Shown here: piece by piece, positions 13,608-24,534 of the stretch
How positions within the stretch are numbered: position 1 is the first letter of the stretch
How the letters are laid out: each line of letters starts with the position of its first letter
Source: Eledone cirrhosa
Lineage: Eukaryota
Direction: 5' to 3'
DNA length: 64,000 nucleotides
Assembly: GCA_964016885.1 (NCBI GenBank)
Contig: OZ024744.1
Coordinates: 53,382,001-53,446,000 of the forward strand
Notes under the pieces: generated by a model
The model's input: only the letters and a program-made list of their open reading frames with translations
Told to the model about the DNA's origin: nothing
Databases searched by the model: none
Program-made: the position numbers and the translations under genes

Positions 13608-13737
13608 GTTTGTTTACAAACAAACCGAACATTATAATAAATGTTCGGTAAATTCATACGTACATATATATATGTGTGCATGTATGTAGTACATACTACT
13701 GTACGTCTGTATACATTTATGTATGTACGTATACATA

Positions 13738-13743
<6 letters not shown>
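13434..13743. repeat. Imperfect inverted repeat, arms about 120 bp
   Basis: 13434-13561 matches the reverse complement of 13624-13743. Confidence 0.85.

Positions 13744-13810
<67 letters not shown>
13739..13810. repeat. (TA)n microsatellite
   Basis: Directly visible. Confidence 0.98.
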
Positions 13811-14343
<533 letters not shown>

Positions 14344-14419
14344 CGAAGGAAATGTGGTAAGGAACCAGGTGGACCATTACGCACCAAAGTACTCAATTCT
14401 TGAGGTAGTAGAGTGGGTA

Positions 14420-14525
14420 ATAGGAACCAGTAAGACCCCGACAGCTGAGCTCAAGCCGTTTCGACGGCTAATTCAGAATTAGCCGTCGAAACGGCTTGAG
14501 CTCAGCTGTCGGGGTCTTACTGGTT

Positions 14526-14530
<5 letters not shown>
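14420..14530. repeat. Perfect palindrome, 55-bp arms with a 1-nt centre
   Basis: ataggaaccagtaagaccccgacagctgagctcaagccgtttcgacggctaattc-a-exact reverse complement. Confidence 0.97.
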
Positions 14531-14560
<30 letters not shown>

Positions 14561-14729
14561 TATCTAAATTGGAAGTGGTCGGACGTTGTATATTTAAGTA
14601 AGTAGGTTTTAGTCCGAAAAATGCAGAATGCCCCGAGGATGCGTTGGGTCGACTTTCAAGCTACAAACTTCCAGGGTTATGGAGAAAATCGATGAAAAAG
14701 GAATTTCCCACTCAAATTGAACTGAGAGT

Positions 14730-14945
14730 AATCTGTGAACGCAGAAGTAAATATTTTGAGAAACGTTGCAACCGAACGAAAACAGGAAGACGATATTTTG
14801 GTTCGTGAAGACGCTCCCTGGCAAAGAACGGGAAAAAAGCGAGGATAATACGTCGTTATGTGGAGCGTGAAGAAGAATTTCATGCAAAGACAAGACCAAG
14901 TTTATGGTATAAATGGAGTCGTTAGACTAATATTCTATTTAAAAT
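14730..14945 (+). repeat. Unclassified dispersed repeat, with an inverted copy at 37640-37860
   Basis: Shared aatctgtgaacgcagaagtaaatattt...gaaaacaggaagacg...gataatacgtc.ttatgtgga...gtttatggtataaatg. Confidence 0.8.
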
Positions 14946-15120
14946 AACAGAATGATTTCCAGCCCCAGAGTTTAAGAATGATGTAAATAAAATTGAAAAC
15001 GAAAATGACAGAGGTTATTAAAATAGTAAAAGTAAATAGTGAAGATTTAGGCCAGTACATACGTATGCCCCGACGGACATACACATACATACGCACACAT
15101 AAATACATACACACCCACAA

Positions 15121-15212
<92 letters not shown>

Positions 15213-15224
15213 GCACACGCGCGT

Positions 15225-15672
15225 GCGTATGTATAAACCTTATGCATTTCTACAGTATTTTCACCAAACTTAAGACATAGGTTACTTATGTACTCCGGAT
15301 GGTCATGGGCACTGTTATTTTTCCAGATATTGATTATAGAGCCTCCCGGTAGATAACCCCTTTAACCACTTTAACCACTTCCTTGGAGTCGACTGAAGAA
15401 CTGCAGTGCAATGCAACAAAACGTCATAACTTCTGGAGTTCGCAACCGATTTTCACAAAACTTGGCACATGGGCTACGTTTGTCCTACAGATGAATGTGA
15501 ACTCTCAGAATTTGCACATATTGAGTAGGGAACCCTTGGGGCAGGATCCCCCTTTTGAAAAAAGCCGATGATTTTGTAAAAGTATAGTTTTCGAAGCAGC
15601 ACTGAAGTATTGACATAAATGTTACACACAACTGCTATTTAATACCCGAGCAACGCCGGGTATCTCTGCTAG
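15225..15672 (+). mobile_element. Non-autonomous Helitron-like element (3' part)
   Basis: Ends ACCCGAGCAACGCCGGGT (hairpin) ATCTCTG CTAG followed by T, the canonical Helitron 3' terminus. Internal ttttcac.aaactt motif occurs twice. Confidence 0.7.
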
Positions 15673-16091
15673 TATATATATATATGTATATATATATATA
15701 TCTGTATATATATATACACACATATATATATACACATACGTACATATATCTATATATATGTGTGTATACGCGTGTGTGTTAATATATATATACACATACA
15801 CACACAACACAAAGATACCACACACACCCATCGTCTTCAATTACACAAATTAAATACATTATTGATTGACTTGCCTGGATTTCATTTCGGTCAATATTAC
15901 CTGTTTAGAGAGCACCCCTACCTTTTGCACCTCACCTCACCTAAATACACCCCACCGAATCCGACTGCACCCTCACCACGCAAAATGTTACCACACAGTC
16001 ACACAGGCACGCACTCATACACATACACACAAACATATACACATATAGTTATATATACATGTATATATATGTATTTATAGATATACAGTAT

Positions 16092-16122
<31 letters not shown>

Positions 16123-16295
16123 TTGTGCATACATATAGATAAACCTAATTCTAAATATGTGTGCGCACGTAATTTTAAATATATGTGTAGATTTTTATAC
16201 ATATAATATATAAAGATACATACATATTTATATATATATAGAGATATATATATCCACACACATATGTACGGATTGACACCCACATATATATTTTC

Positions 16296-16342
<47 letters not shown>

Positions 16343-16343
<1 letters not shown>

Positions 16344-16492
16344 CACTTGAAAGACGGTCTTAACGTTTCGGACGCTAGTCCTTCATCAGAAGAAAGAATG
16401 AGGAATAAGATAGATTGAGGAGACGGGCGAGTTGGAATTGGATAAAATGTCTTTAGATAAAAATAACTGATCTATTCATGTTGACATCTCTT
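16343..16492 (-). mobile_element. Hammerhead-bearing repeat H1 copy 2, embedded in (TA)n
   Basis: Inverted homolog of ~150-300, with (TA)n on both sides. Confidence 0.6.
16358..16393 (-). ncRNA. Minimal type I hammerhead ribozyme motif (H1 copy 2)
   Basis: Minus strand TCTT-CTGATGA-A-GGAC(TAGC)GTCC-GAAA-CG-TT-AAGA, with a perfect 4-bp stem II. Confidence 0.7.
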
Positions 16493-16508
16493 GGATATAT
16501 ATATATAT

Positions 16509-16611
<103 letters not shown>

Positions 16612-16642
16612 TATATATATATAAATCCATATAGGTATAATC

Positions 16643-17380
16643 TTGCATTGGTGTCCGAGATGCGCGCAGAGCGACGAAACCGTGGTGCACACACTCGTTC
16701 AGTGCCCGAGCATTGCTGACTTGTGGAGCTATGTCGAACAGTTGCTGTCGCGAGTAGGACTGATCCAGTTATCGACTGAGTCCATTGTGCAGATGGTCTC
16801 GCCGTCTTCCTTCGAGGAGGAAGGGCAGGCGGTTTTCATCTGCCTGATGGCTATGGCGAAAGAGATTGTGTGGTGGACAAGGTTGAAAGGGTTAAAGACA
16901 GAGACTTTCCTCTTCGGCGAATCCCGAATTAACTTTTTCAAGTTTCACTTGAAGAGGAAAATCAGAGTGGAAAGGCAAGTGCTGCCTTCTAGCAAGTTTG
17001 TTGAAAGGTGGGTGAATGTAGCGAGAATGGTTCGAGTGAATGGGACCGCTCTGAATATACGTCTGTAGTTTGAGAGATGGAAAAATTGAGAGAGGGCGCT
17101 TGCTCTGGTGGTTAGGGTGACCGTGGTCTTTTGTGTGGTTTTCACCACGAGTAACCCCCGGGTTTGCCCCCTATTGGGGAATTTTTCATTGTTTCAATTT
17201 TCATTTTTATTGTTTATATATATATATATATATATATATGTTTCTATGTCTTTTTTTCTTTTCTTATATAAATAATAAAAATATTTATACTCACAAAACC
17301 CACATCGTACCGCCCTGTACCGTCCTGTGCAGTCAGTAATGTTTTTCTTGATGTCAGCCCTTGTGGCCAATAAAGAAATC
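16643..17380 (+). mobile_element. Tx1-like copy C1, 5'-truncated (ORF2 C-terminus and 3' UTR)
   Basis: [18 protein letters not shown] zinc finger; ends CCCTTGTGGCCAATAAAGAAATC followed by (ATT)n. Confidence 0.92.
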
Positions 17381-17411
17381 ATTATTATTATTATTATTAT
17401 TATTTTTATTT

Positions 17412-17670
17412 TCATTCATTATTGTTTCTGAGATATATGCCGAGTGTCTTCCCAAGTGTTCCAAAAAGCGGGGCTGGACTAATCTTCTTTAACCACCCTT
17501 GGAAACTATTTGTGATAGTACCTAGTGCGCCTAGGACAATCGGGAGGACCCTGATTTCATGGCAGTTCCAAATCCTTTTTAACTCCCACTTTAAATCCTG
17601 GTATCGGTTAATTTTCTCCCCCTCCTCTTGCACTCTCGTGTCGAATGGGCAGGCTACATCTACAATCAGT
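17412..17670 (-). mobile_element. R4/Dong-like RLE non-LTR retrotransposon 3' fragment (family R-a)
   Basis: IVDVACPFDTRVQE...EKINRYQDLKWELKRIW...VLPIVLGALG, a restriction-like endonuclease C-terminus; runs into (TAA)n on its own strand. Confidence 0.82.
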
Positions 17671-17682
17671 ATTATTCTTATC

Positions 17683-19259
17683 AAGGAATACTAAGCGGTG
17701 ACAGGAGCAAAGATAAACCAGGAAAAGTAGGTGGGCTTGCAGCTCGGTACCTGGACAGGCAAGTCCATGCCGTGCCAGAGCGCCGTGGGGAGTTGGACGG
17801 AGGGACCGGTTAAATTGCTCGAGGTCTTGTTCGGACCGGACCTCCAGATTGAGAAAAGCTGGGGACAGGTGACGAGCAGGGTGGCCTCCATCACTCAGAA
17901 ATGGGACAAGAGAAAGCTGTCCCTGAGAAGCCGGGTGGAGGTGGCGAATGCGTACATCGCATCCGTCATCTGCTACCGCCTCACCGTCGTCCCTTGCCCT
18001 GGCCCAACTCTCACCAAAATGGAGCGTTTTCTCTTCCGCTTTTTGTGGAAGGGACGCGCTCCCATCGTCAGACGATCCATCTGCTGTCAACACCCGTTGC
18101 GTGAAGGACTGGGCATGTCATGGCTGATGATGCGCAAACATGCGTTGAGGCTGCTCCATTACTGGTGCTTCCTTGACGGTGAACAGGTGTGGTCGCCTTT
18201 CGCTAGGCACGTTTTCCCACAGCTCGTCTCCTTGACGGAACTGAGTCCTGGGTCAGGAGAAGACCGAGTGATAGCGCTTGGAAATTGGAATGTTTCCAGG
18301 TGCTCACTGCCCTCTGCCATTTGGGCACCAGTATCAGTGGAACATCCACCTCGGCGTTCTATAGAGGACTAGTGGAGGGGCAGAGCGACAACGTTCTCGG
18401 AGAGCTCCTGGGAGTCCAAAAAAATCATGTTTGCTCTCTTCCGGAGAAATTTCAGCAAAGGGCCTATGGATAACTTCCAGAAATCCCTGGCCTGGCGGTG
18501 CTACCGGGGAGCGTTGCCGATTCGAGATAAGCACTACGGGCAAAGAAGTGCCGTAAGCCGAGCCTGTCCGAGATGCGCGCAGAGCGACGAAACCGTCGTG
18601 CACGCACTCGTTCAGTTCCCGGGCATTCCTGACATGTGGTGTTATGTCGAACAGTTGCTGTCGCGTGTAGGACAGATCCGGTTATCGACTGAGTCCATTG
18701 TGCAGATGGTCTCGTCATCTTCCTTCGATGAGGAAAGGCAGGCGGTTTTCATCTGCTTGGTGGCCATGGCGAAAAAGATTCTGTGGTAGACAAGGTTGAA
18801 AGCGTTAAAGAAGACACTTTCCTCTTCGGCGAATCCCTGATTAACTTTTCAAGTTTCACTTGAAGAGGAAAATCAGGGTGGAGAGGCAACTGCTGCCTTC
18901 TAGCAAGTTTGTTGAAAGGTGGGTGAATGTAGCGAGAATGGTCCGAGTGAACGGGACCGCTCTGAATATACGCTTGTAGTTTGAGGAATAGAAAAATTGA
19001 GAGAGGGCGCTTGCCCTGGTGGACAGGGTGGCCGTGGTATTTTGTGTGGTTTTTGCCACGAGTAACCCTCGGAGGTGTCCCCCCTATTTCATTTTTATTG
19101 TTTATATATATATGTTTCTATGTCTTTTTACTTTTTCGTTTCTTATATAAATAATAAAAGTCTTTACACACACAAAACCCACATCACACCGTCCTGTACC
19201 GTCCTGTGCCGTCTGTAATGGTTTTCTTGATGTCAGCCCTTGTGGCCAATAAAGAAATC
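17683..19259 (+). mobile_element. Tx1-like copy C2, 5'-truncated within RT
   Basis: GLQLGTW...[34 protein letters not shown]; same 3' UTR as C1; ends AATAAAGAAATC-attat. Confidence 0.92.
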
Positions 19260-19264
19260 ATTAT

Positions 19265-19352
19265 CTTTGCCTTTCATCCTTACGGGGTCGATAAAATAAA
19301 CTACCAGTAATGCACTGGGTAATTGCTGGCCTTGTGCCTAAAGTAGAAACAA
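19265..19352 (+). mobile_element. SINE, 5'-truncated, with (ATT)n tail
   Basis: ctttgcctttcatccttacggggtcgataaaat...gctggccttgtgcctaaagtagaaacaattatt; homologs at 24051 and 37488, the latter with a B box. Confidence 0.75.
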
Positions 19353-19385
19353 TTATTAGTATTATTATTATTATTATTATTATTA

Positions 19386-19632
19386 CAGCTGCATTTATCT
19401 TGCTTTATGTTCATACGAGTTATCACCAAGTCACAACCAGTGACCTCAAGAGACAACAAGGTCCGCCATGTTCAAGAAAGAACATACATACTCACACATG
19501 CATCATTAGTGTTTAGACTTGTGATGTACTTATATTGACAGAATCTTCCTTAGTATATGGGCAGTTCCCATTAGTACTATCTTTTGTATTTCTCCTATAC
19601 GCGGGTTTCCTGGGATTTGCGATAAGTAATCA
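19386..19632 (-). mobile_element. R4/Dong-like 3' fragment (second family, R-b)
   Basis: Minus frame DYLSQIPGNPRIGEIQKIVLMGTAHILRKILSI* (stop ~19530), comparable to LQKACLLGTARTLR of R-a; then a 3' UTR and (TAA)n. Not in the ORF track. Confidence 0.72.
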
Positions 19633-19633
19633 T

Positions 19634-19664
<31 letters not shown>

Positions 19665-19690
19665 TAATATTATTATTATTGTTATTGTTC

Positions 19691-20053
19691 TTTGAGTCTC
19701 AGTCATTGATGTTAGTTAACTGGAAAGTTTGTTGAAATGAATATCAAGCCACTACCTGCAGCCTCAGATATTCAGGACCTATCGGAGGGTTCTTGCTGTT
19801 CCCAGCAAGCATGCCTTTTGAAGCGTTCCAAAAAGCGTGGCGGGGCCAATTTTCTTTAACCATCCCCGGAGACTTTTTGAGATAGTCCCTAGTGCGCCTA
19901 TGACAATCGGGACCACTTTGACTTCATGGCAGTTCCAGATCCTTTTTACCGCCCACTTTAAGTCCTGGTATCGGTTAATTTTCTCCCTCTCCTTCTCTTG
20001 CACTCTCGTGTCGAATGGGCAGGCCACATCCACAATCAGGCACGATCTTTTTT
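19691..20053 (-). mobile_element. R4/Dong-like 3' fragment (family R-a, copy 2)
   Basis: DVACPFDTRVQEKEREKINRYQDL...VVPIVIGALG...LQKACLLGTARTLR, then a 3' UTR and (TAA)n at ~19634-19690. Confidence 0.85.
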
Positions 20054-20056
20054 CTT

Positions 20057-23000
20057 TGTCTGATTTCTTTCGGCGTCTGGAGACCTTTCTTGGAATGTCC
20101 CGCTTTTTAGTGTTAGTGGGCGACTGAAACGGGATCTTAGATTGGATTTCCCGAATGTGCCAATTTGGACAAATCGCATAGGGTCATCCAGATCATATCT
20201 AGATAGAGTATTTTGTAGGGAAATAGATAGGTCTAGCATAGGCTGTCCACAATTCAAGATAGGCAGCTCCACGGACCACAAATTCGTGATCTGTGTGCTT
20301 GACTTAGATAGGCTTCATAGACGAGGACCCGGCTACTCGAAGCTAAAAGCGTCCTTACCAGCGCGCAAGGCCTACAGAGACAGGATCAGCGAACTAGTTA
20401 AGCGGGCGTTGACGGGGGGTCATCGTCAACAACAGGTGGTGGTTTGCTCTGAAAAGCGCGATTAGAATAGAATCCATTAGGTTTAGTAAGACTTTAGCAA
20501 TAGAGAAAAATAGAGCAGAGGGAGAACTAGTTAGAAAATTAGACGCGGCGCTTAGCAAAGGCGGCGCAACCGACGTGCTTGCGGCGAAATTGGCCCTTGA
20601 CAAATTCTTCAATGCAAAGTACGAAGGCTGCGTTATCAGAGCTAGGGTGCGTGCTCTCAGACACGAGGAGACGAAAGATGTTCAATGGACCCGAGTGGCG
20701 GAGGCGCGTCGTGGCAACAAAGCCACGATCCGGTCTTTGGTGGACCACGACGGGCGCATTCTACTCGATCCCGGGAAAATGTGTGAAGCTTTTCAGCGAC
20801 ACTTCGCTCAAATGTTCCGGGGCAGTGGCGGGTCGGATCGAGGGATGGACTTTAGTGTCTATCTCGACGGACTGCCGCGGCTTTCGGCCACTGAGGCGGA
20901 GTGTTGCGAAAAGCCGATAACAACCGCTGAAGTACGGGATGCAATGACTAGTTGCACAAGGGGTAAATCGCCTGGTTTGGATGGTCTGCCCTATGAACTT
21001 TACGTACAAATGCCAAACTTGTTCGGAGGCCTCTTGGCGGACGTCTACTGCAACTGGCAATAGAACGGGAGAATTCGCAGCTCTGTGAGCCGAGGAGCGG
21101 TGGCGCTGCTGAGAAAGGATCCGAACAAGGGGGATAACATAGATAATTTTAGGCCCATAACTCTGCTAAACGCAGAGTTCAAGATTTTGGCCAAGGTGCT
21201 AGCAAAGAGGTTGGCGCTTGTCGTTGGTGGTCTGGTGGGAGAGGCGCAGACATTGCGCCATTCCAGACAGATCCATCCACGACAACCTCCACCTCATGCG
21301 ATACATCGTAGAGATGGTAGCTAGGGAACCTGGCACGGGTGGGTCTTTGATCAATTTAAATCAGTCGAAAGCCTTCGATAGGGTCGACCATCGTTACCTA
21401 GCGGCAGTCCTGAGGGCGGCTGGCTTTGGGCCCGTCTTCAGAGGCTGGATCGCTGCCATGCACAGCGACATCTGCTCTGTTGTGAGAGTGAACGGTCACC
21501 TTTCGGAACCGTTCAACATCATGCGCTCGGTCCGCCAAGGATGTCCCCTCTCGTCCCTATTGTACGTATTGACTCTCGAGCCATTACTGCACAAACTGAA
21601 GACGTTGAGGGGGGTCCCGCGCGAACTAGGATGCGGAAGATCCGTGTCAGCATATGCCGACGATGTCACCGTAGTGGTGTCGAACGCCAAACACATCGAG
21701 GCGATCGGGACTACACTAAGAGAATACGAAGCGGTGACAGGAGCAATGATCAACCAGGAAAAGACAGTGGGCCTGCAGCTCGGCACCTGGAGAGGCAGGT
21801 CCATGCCGTCCAACAGCGTCGTCGGGCGCTGGACGGACGGACCGGTTAAATTGCTAGGGGTCAGGTTCGGTCCAGACCTCCAGACGGACAAAAACTGGGA
21901 CGAGGTGACGAGCAGGGTGGCTTCTCTCACCCAGAAATGGGCCGAGAGGAAGCTATCCCTGAAAGGTCGAGCGGAGGTGGCGAATGCGTATATCGCATCC
22001 GTCATCTACTACCGCCTGACCGTCGTACCTTGTCCTAAGCTCCGCCTGACTGCGCTGGAGCGTTTGCTCTTTCGCTTCTTGTGGAAGGGACGCGCTCCGA
22101 TGGTCAGGCGGTCCATCTGCTGTCAACACCCGCTACGTGGAGGGCTGGGCATGCCGTGGCTGATGATGCGCAGACACGCGCTCAGGCTACGACATCTCCA
22201 CCTCTTCCTCGACGGTGATCAGGTGTGGTCGCCGTTTGCTAGACACGTATTTCCCCAGCTCGTCTCCTTGACGGAGCTGCAGTCCTGGGTCAAGCGAAGA
22301 CCGAGAGGGAGCGCTTGGAGACTGGAATGTCTTCAGGCGCTCACAGCCCTCGTCCAATCGGGCAATGTGATCGGTGGAAACTCCACCTTGGCGTTCTATA
22401 GGGGATTAGTGGAGGGGAAGAGCGACGACGTACTTGGAGAAACTCTGGGCGTCGACGAAAATCAACTAGCCAATCTCTTCGGAAGGACTTTCGGACCGGG
22501 GCCTACGGACAACTTCCAGAAAACCCTGGCCTGGCAGTGCTACCGGGGTGCTTTGCCAGTTCGGGATAAACTTTACAGGCATGGAGGTTCCGTCAGCCGG
22601 GCATGTCCGAGATGCGCACAGGGCGACGAAACCGTCCTGCACGCACTCGTCCAGTGTCCGAGCATTGCTGACTTGTGGGTTTATGTCGAACACCTGCTGT
22701 CACGTGTAGGACGGATCCAGCTATCAGCTGAGTCCATTGTGAGGATTGCGCTGCTCTCTTCCTTTAGCCGGGAAGGGCAGGCAGTTTTTATCTGTCTGGT
22801 GGCCATGGCGAAAGAGAGAGTATGGTGGACACGTTTGAAAGGGCTGAAGACGAGCACTTACCTCTTCGGTGATGCCCTGATTAACTTTTTCAAATTTCAT
22901 CTGAAAAGGAAAATCAGGGTAGAGAGGGAAGTGCTCTCTTCCCAGCATTTTGTTGAAAGATGGGTGAGAGAAGCAAGTATGGCCCGAATGAATGGGCCTT

Positions 23001-23266
23001 CTCTGAGTATGTGTCTGTAAATTAAGGGTGGAAAACTGGGAGAGGGCACTTGCCCTGGTGGTCAGGGCCACTGTGGGCTTTTAATGGGCTTTCTCCACAA
23101 ATGTCCCTCGGAAGTCTCCCCCCTATTGGGGAATTTTTCTTTGTTATTTTATTTCATCCTCTGTTTTTTTTTACATGCAGAAATGCCCATTTGTACCGTC
23201 CTGTATTTTTCCTGTACTGTCCTTAATGTCTACTTTATGTAAACCCTTGTGGTTAATAAAGAAAAC
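20057..23266 (+). mobile_element. Tx1-like copy D, 5'-truncated within the APE domain
   Basis: SDFFRRLETFLG through RT to a 3' UTR ending CCCTTGTGGTTAATAAAGAAAAC followed by (ATT)n. Confidence 0.93.
21218..23020 (+). pseudogene. Longest intact ORF2 segment (RT core, thumb, CCHC) of copy D
   Basis: 600-aa ORF: QSKAFDRVDH, SVRQGCPLS, AYADD, CPRCAQGDETVLHALVQC. The upstream part is broken by a stop at 21061 and a frameshift near 21255. Confidence 0.93.
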
Positions 23267-23564
23267 ATTATTATTATTATTATTATGCTGGCGTTTTGTT
23301 TTGTTTTCGCTATATATCGTTTTTGTTTTTATTCATTTGCTTTTTTCATATATCTTCCTTCGTTTTGTCTGTTGTGTTGTTTTATATTTCTTAGTTTGTT
23401 TCAGTTTTGTAGTTGGTCATTATTTGCAGGTGTTTCTCTGTTTACTAGAGCCATATATGCTTATATTTGCAAACGTCAAGTCTATATTTGTGATCACATG
23501 TATTAAGTAAATTTGTACATATCGCAGATCAAACAGATCCTGTGAGCAGAGCACGGAAAAATAT

Positions 23565-23684
23565 GTACACATACATATACATATATGTACGTATATATTC
23601 ATATATATTCATATATATATATATATACATATATATACATATATGTGGGTGGTGTGTGTGTATACATAGATATATATTTGTATT

Positions 23685-23717
<33 letters not shown>

Positions 23718-23892
23718 GTATGTATACACACATATACATATATATATATACATATATATATACATATATATATATATGTATATATATATATTTGTATATA
23801 TATGTATATATTTGTATACATATGTATACAAATATGCGTGTCTGTTTGTATTTCTAATGTAACACTATATATATGCATATATACACATATAA
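23565..23892. repeat. Degenerate (TA)n/(TACA)n tract
   Basis: Directly visible. Confidence 0.9.
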
Positions 23893-24050
23893 GGTAAATG
23901 CAAAATCGTTACAAAAATTAAACACACTGAGCAAAATAATCGTTGTGTACAGTTATTATTATTAAAATTACCATAATTATTAATACAAGTTACTAATGTG
24001 TGCACTATTATTGCTTTTATCATCATCATCATTACTACAACTATTATTAT

Positions 24051-24112
24051 TATAAAATAAAGTACCAGTAATATACTGGGATATATGCTGGCCTTGTTCA
24101 AAAAGTAGAATC
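24051..24112 (+). mobile_element. SINE 3' fragment with (ATT)n tail
   Basis: taaaataaagtaccagtaatatactggg...gctggccttgttcaaaaagtagaatcaattatt, matching 19290-19355. Confidence 0.65.
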
Positions 24113-24145
24113 AATTATTACTATTATTTTTATTATTATTATTAT

Positions 24146-24489
24146 TTCATTTGAAAAGGAAAATCAGGGTAGAGAGAAAAGTGCTAGCTTCCCAGCATTT
24201 TGTTGAAAGATGGGTGAGAGAGGCAAGAATGGCCCGAGTGTCTGTAAATTAAAGGTGGAAAACTGGGAGAGGGCACTTGCCCTGGTGGTCAGGGTCACTG
24301 TGGCCTTTTAATGGGCTTTCTCCACGAATGTCCCTCGGAAGTCTCCCCCCTATTGGGGAATTTTTCTTTGTTATTTTATTACATCCTCTGTTTTTTACAC
24401 GCAGAAAATGCCCATTTGTACCGTCCTGTATTGTCCTGTACTGTCCTTAATGTCTACTTTATGTAAACCCTTGTGGTTAATAAAGAAAA

Positions 24490-24490
<1 letters not shown>
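24146..24490 (+). mobile_element. Tx1-like copy D', short 5'-truncated insert in (ATT)n
   Basis: Nearly identical to 22895-23266, with (ATT)n on both sides. Confidence 0.92.

Positions 24491-24532
<42 letters not shown>

Positions 24533-24534
<2 letters not shown>

Noticed and set aside
21218-23020. Functional or domesticated RT gene
   Set aside because: The ORF start comes from a frameshift, and the upstream RT and endonuclease carry stops and a deletion.
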